From contig JAQWZS010000230.1 in NCBI GenBank assembly GCA_029253325.1, forward strand, positions 1 through 32,728: a DNA stretch of 32,728 nucleotides, given 5' to 3'. This DNA is from Bacteroidia bacterium (GTDB lineage: Bacteria > Bacteroidota > Bacteroidia > NS11-12g > UBA9320). Under the pieces are notes generated by a model. The model saw only the letters and a list, made by a program, of their open reading frames with translations. It ran no database searches and had not been told where the DNA came from. Of the stretch, positions 26,677 to 32,728 are shown in pieces. How positions within the stretch are numbered: the first letter of the stretch is position 1; every line of letters starts with the position of its first letter. The translations under genes and the position numbers were made by a program.

Positions 26677-27261
26677 ATGATAAGAAAAAAAATAAGTTCC
26701 TCTATTCCGTCTTTTTTTTATTCGTATGAAACAAATGTACCTTTCAAGCATTGTACGATGTGTAATGAGTCGTTTACGGATTCATCCCGGTATTTTATTG
26801 AAAAGGTTTTTAAGCAAAATATAGTCTTAAATAAATCAGAAATAGTATACGAATATGCCATTTGCGAATTGTGTGCGACATCGATGTCTAATGAAATCAG
26901 CGAAGAAAGTAAATTATCGATTACTGAGCTATATGAAGCACACAGCGAAAATTTACTCCGTAAAATTGATTACTTGCATCGTACGGAAAAATATTCGATT
27001 GACAGCTGGGTTGACCGTTGTTCAATGACGGGTAAAGAAGTTCGGCTTTGTGATGAATATGCAGTGAATGGTATAGTTGAAAATGGATGTTTGGTATATG
27101 AGCATACACCTATTGTAATTTCAGATGACTTTGTTCAAAAAATTCAAGAAGTCTTATCTAAGGAAACCAAAGACACATTTAATGACTTCAAAAAACAAAT
27201 AACGGATTGTAGTCCTTCAGTTGAAGATTTAATCTTTTCCCCTTCACCAAGTATTTTTTAA
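26677..27261 (+). CDS. Hypothetical cytoplasmic protein with two CxxC motifs (putative Zn-binding)
   Basis: CTMC and CELC motifs, no signal peptide, followed by a terminator. Confidence 0.75.
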   Translation: MIRKKISSSIPSFFYSYETNVPFKHCTMCNESFTDSSRYFIEKVFKQNIVLNKSEIVYEYAICELCATSMSNEISEESKLSITELYEAHSENLLRKIDYLHRTEKYSIDSWVDRCSMTGKEVRLCDEYAVNGIVENGCLVYEHTPIVISDDFVQKIQEVLSKETKDTFNDFKKQITDCSPSVEDLIFSPSPSIF

Positions 27262-27280
27262 TATGTTGGTGGTATGCCAT

Positions 27281-27313
27281 AAAAAAACCTCACCAAAATG
27301 GTGAGGTTTTTTT
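27281..27313. terminator. Bidirectional intrinsic terminator
   Basis: A7-CCTCACCA-aaa-TGGTGAGG-T7 perfect hairpin between convergent genes. Confidence 0.9.
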
Positions 27314-27334
27314 CTAATGATTTAAAGCTAATAG

Positions 27335-28639
27335 TTAGTTAACAATGAATTTTTTGGTTGCAGAACCAAATTCAGTTGATATATTATACAAGTACATCCC
27401 TGTATTTAGATCATTGATTGAAACATCAATATTATGTTGTCCAGGAACGTAAAATTGGTTAGTTACATTCTTTACAACCTTACCTTGTAAATCAGTAATA
27501 CTTATATTTACATTACTAGGTTTGATGATTTTAAAATCAGCAAATAATACGTCGCTTTGTTTTGCTGGGTTAGGCTTTAATGCAAATGATACATTATCAT
27601 TGATATCGTTGATTCCTACATTTTGACCAGATACTTTAAATAGGATGTAATTGAAAAGCTTGTTTGCTCCTGGAGGTGCATAAGGCAGGAAGAACCAGTT
27701 TTCATTATCAGAATAACGCTGACCACTAAAAAGAAGTAATCCATGATTTTGTGATTCATCAGAAACAGTTATTCCACCAGTACCTTGCATATTTAGCAAA
27801 CTAAACATCGAAAGATTGTTAGCGTCTAGATTATTAGAATCATTGTTTGTAAGTGGTTGTCCCAAAGTTGATGCTCCAATCTTTGGCATGAACTGAACAG
27901 TAACACCAAATAAGTTTCCTCTTTCAGGATCATTATTAGCAGGAGTGACATCAACATTTACAGCTAAATCAAGACTTCCAGCAATGAAAGATGCAAAAGA
28001 AGTTCTGAAGAATCCTTCAGTATTATCTGTACTATCAAGTCTAACAATCTCAGTTTTATTTGGGTCAATTACGCTATTTGTTGCTGGAGCATAACTTACC
28101 GTTGAAGATGTTTCACCCGAGGCCCATCGAACACCGCCCATACGATCTCCAGCAGTATATGAAATTATTAATGAATCAGTAGTAGATCCAAAATTGTGGT
28201 ATTTGAATGGTATAGAGACAGAATCTATAGTATATTTTAAATGTCTTGAATATTCTAAATCATTGGAATTTACAGACCAAAATAAACTAGCAGGATCAAA
28301 CATCATCCCTCCACCATGAACATTTATGTGGTTAGGACCATCGTCGGAAGATGTTGTTGCCAATGAGTCTGGCATCATATACATACCGGTATAGTATGTG
28401 TAAGTTTCACCAAAAACACGTGCATCATCGATATAGTCGAACCATAAAGATTCTTGTCTTTTGGCCTTGAAATTAGCATAATTCTTAATCGATGATAAAT
28501 CTTCAGGTACTGGATATGCTTTTCCAAGTTTAGAAGGTTGATCAAAATTGATTGTTTGATTTGTTTGAGCATTTAGCTTAGAGAAAGATGCAGATAACAC
28601 TATGCTAAGCAATGCTAAATTTTGTAGTACTTTTTTCAT
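27335..28639 (-). CDS. Secreted protein of unknown function with type-A T9SS CTD
   Basis: Signal peptide ending LNA|Q; C-terminal KPNPA...ITDLQGKVV...LNTGMYLY...TKKFIVN. Confidence 0.85.
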   Translation of the reverse strand: MKKVLQNLALLSIVLSASFSKLNAQTNQTINFDQPSKLGKAYPVPEDLSSIKNYANFKAKRQESLWFDYIDDARVFGETYTYYTGMYMMPDSLATTSSDDGPNHINVHGGGMMFDPASLFWSVNSNDLEYSRHLKYTIDSVSIPFKYHNFGSTTDSLIISYTAGDRMGGVRWASGETSSTVSYAPATNSVIDPNKTEIVRLDSTDNTEGFFRTSFASFIAGSLDLAVNVDVTPANNDPERGNLFGVTVQFMPKIGASTLGQPLTNNDSNNLDANNLSMFSLLNMQGTGGITVSDESQNHGLLLFSGQRYSDNENWFFLPYAPPGANKLFNYILFKVSGQNVGINDINDNVSFALKPNPAKQSDVLFADFKIIKPSNVNISITDLQGKVVKNVTNQFYVPGQHNIDVSINDLNTGMYLYNISTEFGSATKKFIVN

Positions 28640-28667
28640 TGTTCTAGATTTAAAATTAAGTATGCCT

Positions 28668-28675
28668 CAAATTTA
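28668..28675 (-). promoter_or_regulatory. -7 promoter element
   Basis: TAAATTTG on the minus strand, 28 nt upstream of the ATG at 28639. Confidence 0.55.
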
Positions 28676-28748
28676 AGTTAAATTATATAATTACATATCA
28701 TAAATATGTCATTTGGGAATCGTTTTTGATTCAATTTGAAGGATTGTT

Positions 28749-29423
28749 TTAGATGTCACCTGCCATTGGACGTAATATAATCTCTTCTAATACAGTTGTA
28801 TCAGATAATTCATAAGCTGTCCAAATAAGTTTTGCAATTGATTCTGGTTCGCTAAAACGATCTTTTGGCAGTTCAGTACCCGCCCATGAGTTGGTCAATG
28901 TTGCCCCAGGTAGAACGGCACTTACTTTAATTTTATCTTCTTTTAATTCTTCTCTCAACACCTTAGTAAAACCCATTTGGGCATATTTGCTAATGCAATA
29001 TGAACCTCCATTGAGGTAGGGAGTGATACTAGCCGTTGAACAAATATTAAATATATAAGGCTTTGAGGATTTTCTTATCGCATGAATGGTTTGGCGTGTC
29101 AAGTGATAACTCGAGGACAAGTTGGTATTTATTTGTTTTTCGAACGAACCTTCTTCTTCATCCATTAATTTACCAGGAATAAATACACCCACGTTATTAA
29201 TTAAAATATCGATGATTTTTTCTTGTCCTAAGACAAACTCTGAAAAACTTATGACACCTTGTTTTGTAGAGAGGTCTGAGGGGAATTGAATTAGGTTTTT
29301 ATGGGAAAAATTGGGATCAATTGTCCGAGCTGATGTATAAACTTTGCAATTATTTTCAAGTAAAATTAGGCATATTGCTCTACCAATACCCTTGGTGCCT
29401 CCACTAACTACTGCTACTTTCAT
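28749..29423 (-). CDS. Short-chain dehydrogenase/reductase (SDR)
   Basis: VVSGGTKGIG, DILINNVG, catalytic S...YCISK, VLPGAT. ATG at 29423 is preferred because TACATTTG (29442-29449) lies within the track's extension to 29456. Confidence 0.9.
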   Translation of the reverse strand: MKVAVVSGGTKGIGRAICLILLENNCKVYTSARTIDPNFSHKNLIQFPSDLSTKQGVISFSEFVLGQEKIIDILINNVGVFIPGKLMDEEEGSFEKQINTNLSSSYHLTRQTIHAIRKSSKPYIFNICSTASITPYLNGGSYCISKYAQMGFTKVLREELKEDKIKVSAVLPGATLTNSWAGTELPKDRFSEPESIAKLIWTAYELSDTTVLEEIILRPMAGDI

Positions 29424-29550
29424 GGGATAAATACTATTTGACAAATGTATGTACAAATGATTTTGTTTTATTCTGTATTAGAAAGTTTTTTACAAGCTGT
29501 GGACTATTTCATTCGTATAAAATTTAGATGTATGTATCTTTACACCCGAT

Positions 29551-30288
29551 ATGACATTCTTTTATCATTTTGGTAAATACCTACTTTTTTTGAAAGGCAT
29601 GTTTTCAAAGCCTGAAAAATTATCAGTTTATATTGATAGAACAATTACAGAGATGAATAATATTGGAGTTGGTTCGTTGTCTATCGTTGTGATTATTGCT
29701 ATTTTCCAAGGTGCAGTTACTACGCTTCAAATCGCCTATCAATTAATTTCTCCTTTAATTGCTAAACCTGTTATTGGCTCAATAGTCAGCGATTCATCAA
29801 TGCTTGAGTTGGCACCAACAATAACATGCCTTGTTTTAGCAGGTAAGGTTGGATCTCATATCGCATCTGAAATTGGTACGATGAGGGTGAGTGAGCAGAT
29901 AGACGCTTTAGAAGTTATGGGTATTAATTCTAGTGGATACCTTGCTTTACCTAAGATTGTTGCAGGACTTATTATGATTCCCATGTTAGTTATCATTTCT
30001 ATATTTTTAAGTAATCTTGGTGGTGTAATTGCAGGTGAGGCCTCAGGTATATTAACATATGAAGAATATTTTCAAGGAGCTCGAGAGTCTTTTATGCCAT
30101 TCAATCTTTTATTTTCATTGATTAAAGCATTTACTTATGCATTTATCATTACTTCTGTTTCTGCATTTCAAGGTTATACCACTAATGGTGGAGCACTAGA
30201 GGTTGGAGCAAGTAGTACTAAAGCAGTAGTTTATAGTGCTGTTGCTATTTTATTTTCAGACTATCTTTTAGCTCAAATATTATTATGA
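29551..30288 (+). CDS. mlaE: MlaE-family ABC transporter permease
   Basis: IGVGSL, ELAPTIT, AGKVGSHIASEIGTMRVSEQIDALEVMG, GGALEVGASSTKAVV. Confidence 0.93.
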   Translation: MTFFYHFGKYLLFLKGMFSKPEKLSVYIDRTITEMNNIGVGSLSIVVIIAIFQGAVTTLQIAYQLISPLIAKPVIGSIVSDSSMLELAPTITCLVLAGKVGSHIASEIGTMRVSEQIDALEVMGINSSGYLALPKIVAGLIMIPMLVIISIFLSNLGGVIAGEASGILTYEEYFQGARESFMPFNLLFSLIKAFTYAFIITSVSAFQGYTTNGGALEVGASSTKAVVYSAVAILFSDYLLAQILL

Positions 30289-31016
30289 TAGAATTAATCA
30301 ATGTTTCTAAATCCTTTAAAGGAGTTAAGGTGCTGAAAAATATCTCAACAAAATTTGAAACAGGAAAGGTGAACTTAGTTATAGGTAGTAGCGGTCATGG
30401 TAAAAGTGTCATGATGAAATGCATGGTTGGCTTGCTAAAACCCAGTTCAGGAAATGTGATGTATGATGATCGGGATTTTACTAATTTAGGGTACTCTCAA
30501 TTGCGTGAAGTTAGAAAAGAAATTGGGATGCTTTTTCAAGGAACAGCTTTGTTTGATTCGCTTACAGTGGAACAGAATGTAGAGTTTACTCTAAAGATGT
30601 TCACATCAATGACTCCAGCTGAACGAAGAGATCGAGTAGATTTTTGCTTAGAGCAAGTTGAAATGAAAGGCATCAATAACAAGTTCCCTGCGGAAATAAG
30701 TGGGGGTATGAAAAAACGTGTAGGAATAGCTAGAGCAATTGCACTTGATATAAAGTATCTGTTTTGTGATGAACCCAATTCAGGGCTAGATCCTGTTACT
30801 TCTCGTGTAATTGATGAATTACTTAAGAGTATCACAGAAGAATTTAATATTACCACCATCATAAATACCCACGACATGAAAACCGTTTTTGATATTGGTG
30901 ATGATGTAATATTTATATACCAAGGAATGAACGAATGGAGTGGCAAGGTGAAAGACATCCATTCTAGTAATAACGAAATGCTAACTAATTTTATAAAAGC
31001 ATCTTATTTCGATTAA
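30285..31016 (+). CDS. mlaF: MlaF-family ABC transporter ATPase
   Basis: Walker A GSSGHGKS, GMLFQGTALFDS, signature SGGMKKRVGIARA, CDEPNSGLDP; ATGA overlap with mlaE. Confidence 0.93.
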   Translation: MIELINVSKSFKGVKVLKNISTKFETGKVNLVIGSSGHGKSVMMKCMVGLLKPSSGNVMYDDRDFTNLGYSQLREVRKEIGMLFQGTALFDSLTVEQNVEFTLKMFTSMTPAERRDRVDFCLEQVEMKGINNKFPAEISGGMKKRVGIARAIALDIKYLFCDEPNSGLDPVTSRVIDELLKSITEEFNITTIINTHDMKTVFDIGDDVIFIYQGMNEWSGKVKDIHSSNNEMLTNFIKASYFD

Positions 31017-31039
31017 TTAAAGACCCAATAAATTTGAAC

Positions 31040-32728
31040 ATGGATAGAGCATTAATAGTAGCCGTATTAACAATTTTTTTGTTTTCCTTTAAATCTGATT
31101 CCCTAGAAGAGGGAATGTTCCCGATGAGTCAATTAAACGCTCTTGATCTAAAAACTGCAGGTTTAGAGATTTCTACTAGTGATATTTATAATGAAGCACA
31201 ACCTGCATTGGTGAATGCTTTAGTAAGGCTAGGTGGTTGTACTGGGTCATTCATTTCTGATTCTGGTCTGATTATCACAAATCATCATTGTGTGTTTAGT
31301 TCTGTAGCATCTGCGAGTTCATCTAAAAATAATTATTTAGAGAATGGGTTCTATGCAATTAAAAAAACCGAGGAAATAAAAACCTCTCTACCCTGTAAAA
31401 TAACCATGTCTTATGTTGATGTTTCGGAGGAAGTTCTAGCAGGTATTGATGTCAATACTCCCGCACTCAAGAAGCAAGAAATTATATCAAAAAACAGAAA
31501 ACTAATCATTGAACGAGAGCAAAAGGCTAACCCTAATCTTACACCTGAAATATCAGAAATGCTGGTAGGTAAGTCTTATACGTTATTTCGATATAAGACA
31601 CTAGATGATGTGCGATTAGTGTATGTTCCACCAAAAAATATTGGAAAGTTTGGTGGTGAGACAGACAATTGGGAATGGCCAAGACATAATGGTGATTTTT
31701 CGATTGTTCGTGCATATGAAAACGGGATTCCATATGTTCCTGAAAAATATCTGGAGGTAAACCCATCTGGAACTTCAGAGGGTGATTTTACCTTTATTTT
31801 AGGTTATCCAGGACGTACATACAGAAACCAAACTGCTCAATTCTTAGATTATCAAAACAATTATGTTTTGCCAATTATTGCTGATTGGTTCGATTTTCAA
31901 ATTGAAGCGATTAAGTCATTTGCTGGTGATGACATTGACATGAAATTGAAGTATAGTGGAAGATTAGCTAGTTTAAACAATACATCGAAAAATTTTAAAG
32001 GGAAGATGCAAGGGCTTCAACGTACCGATGTTATTGCTCAGAAGTATGATAATCAGAAAAAGTTAGCCGAATATGCTGCTGTAACCAAATCATTCAATGG
32101 GTATCAATTATTATTTAAAAAGAATGAGGAATTGTACGCCCGAAAATTTGCTTTAGCTAGAGATTATATTTATATAAATCAACTCTATAGAAATGGAATA
32201 TTTAGCGGGGCTGCTTTTACTCAGATTAATAATGAAAGTATTCAAATCTTAACAAAAGATGAACGAGCAGAATATCTAGATCAAAATTCTGCTAAAATAC
32301 TTAGGCAATTATCTTCCTACAGAGGGTTAGAATCTAGATTATCACTTGAAAAGAAACTTTTTTCAGAGTTACTTTATCAATTATCACTGAGCCATTTATC
32401 TGAAATTAAGTTTTTATTTGATCACAAATTTTATTCAGGATACAGCACCTCACGCAATTCGGCTTATAGATTTGCTGATATGTTATGGGAGAGTTCAAAA
32501 TTAAGGAAGATTCAAAAAAATAACAGTTTGATGGAGTCTGATATGAGTAAGTACCTTAGAACTAATGATGAACTTATATCATTCGCATCAAAAGTGAACC
32601 GTGTATTTAGAGATATGCAAAAAGAAATGATTCAGATTAATGCAGAAATTGATGCAATCATTCCTCGATTTAACGATATTGATATGGAAATGAAAGGAGG
32701 AAGTTTTATTCCCGATGCTAATGGTACA
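31040..32728 (+). CDS. S46 family dipeptidyl peptidase (DPP7/DPP11-like), truncated by the window end
   Basis: My translation gives MDRALIVAVLTIFLFSF...EEGMFP...LGGCTGSFISDSGLIITNHHC...KFGGETDNWEWPRHNGDFS...GYPGRTYR...PDANGT, in frame with the last base. Absent from the ORF track because there is no stop. Confidence 0.93.
   Translation, partial: MDRALIVAVLTIFLFSFKSDSLEEGMFPMSQLNALDLKTAGLEISTSDIYNEAQPALVNALVRLGGCTGSFISDSGLIITNHHCVFSSVASASSSKNNYLENGFYAIKKTEEIKTSLPCKITMSYVDVSEEVLAGIDVNTPALKKQEIISKNRKLIIEREQKANPNLTPEISEMLVGKSYTLFRYKTLDDVRLVYVPPKNIGKFGGETDNWEWPRHNGDFSIVRAYENGIPYVPEKYLEVNPSGTSEGDFTFILGYPGRTYRNQTAQFLDYQNNYVLPIIADWFDFQIEAIKSFAGDDIDMKLKYSGRLASLNNTSKNFKGKMQGLQRTDVIAQKYDNQKKLAEYAAVTKSFNGYQLLFKKNEELYARKFALARDYIYINQLYRNGIFSGAAFTQINNESIQILTKDERAEYLDQNSAKILRQLSSYRGLESRLSLEKKLFSELLYQLSLSHLSEIKFLFDHKFYSGYSTSRNSAYRFADMLWESSKLRKIQKNNSLMESDMSKYLRTNDELISFASKVNRVFRDMQKEMIQINAEIDAIIPRFNDIDMEMKGGSFIPDANGT

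Noticed and set aside
30536-30958. 140-aa minus-strand ORF
   Set aside because: Typical antisense open frame over a conserved ABC ATPase
29551-31016. mlaE-mlaF without an adjacent mlaD
   Set aside because: Split mla genes are common in Bacteroidota, so this is not unusual
26459-31766. Short ORFs at 26459, 26921, 28375 and 31539
   Set aside because: Overlap better-supported genes; no motifs
1-32728. CRISPR array, IS elements, prophage, toxin-antitoxin or defence genes, riboswitches
   Set aside because: No regularly spaced repeats, terminal inverted repeats with transposase or recognisable motifs seen; intergenic spaces are short and largely explained

Overview
AT-rich chromosomal window from a Bacteroidota bacterium (SusC/SusD pair, T9SS C-terminal domains, TAnnTTTG promoters, Gln directly after many signal peptides). 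From left to right it contains: the 3' end of a type-B T9SS protein gene; rsmG and a GT2 glycosyltransferase; a tRNA-Ser(GCT)/Arg(TCT)/Pro(TGG) cluster; and a ~16 kb beta-glucan (laminarin-type) polysaccharide utilisation locus. The PUL encodes a kinase-less propeller/Y_Y_Y/LuxR regulator, SusC, SusD, a PKD lipoprotein, a secreted Cys-rich tandem-domain protein, a multimodular GH5, GH3 and GH30. It is followed by a convergent rnpB-response regulator-sua5-rmuC run, glmM, an L-type lectin T9SS protein, a small very basic protein, an internally duplicated CxxC protein, an unknown T9SS protein, an SDR, mlaE-mlaF and a truncated S46 peptidase. I found no transposase, integrase, CRISPR array or defence system. 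The best candidates for undescribed biology are the GH16/GH17-less PUL with its 6-Cys tandem domain and one-component regulator, the monocistronic ribosomal-protein-like small ORF, and the duplicated zinc-finger-like protein. All family calls come from motifs recognised by eye, not from database searches.
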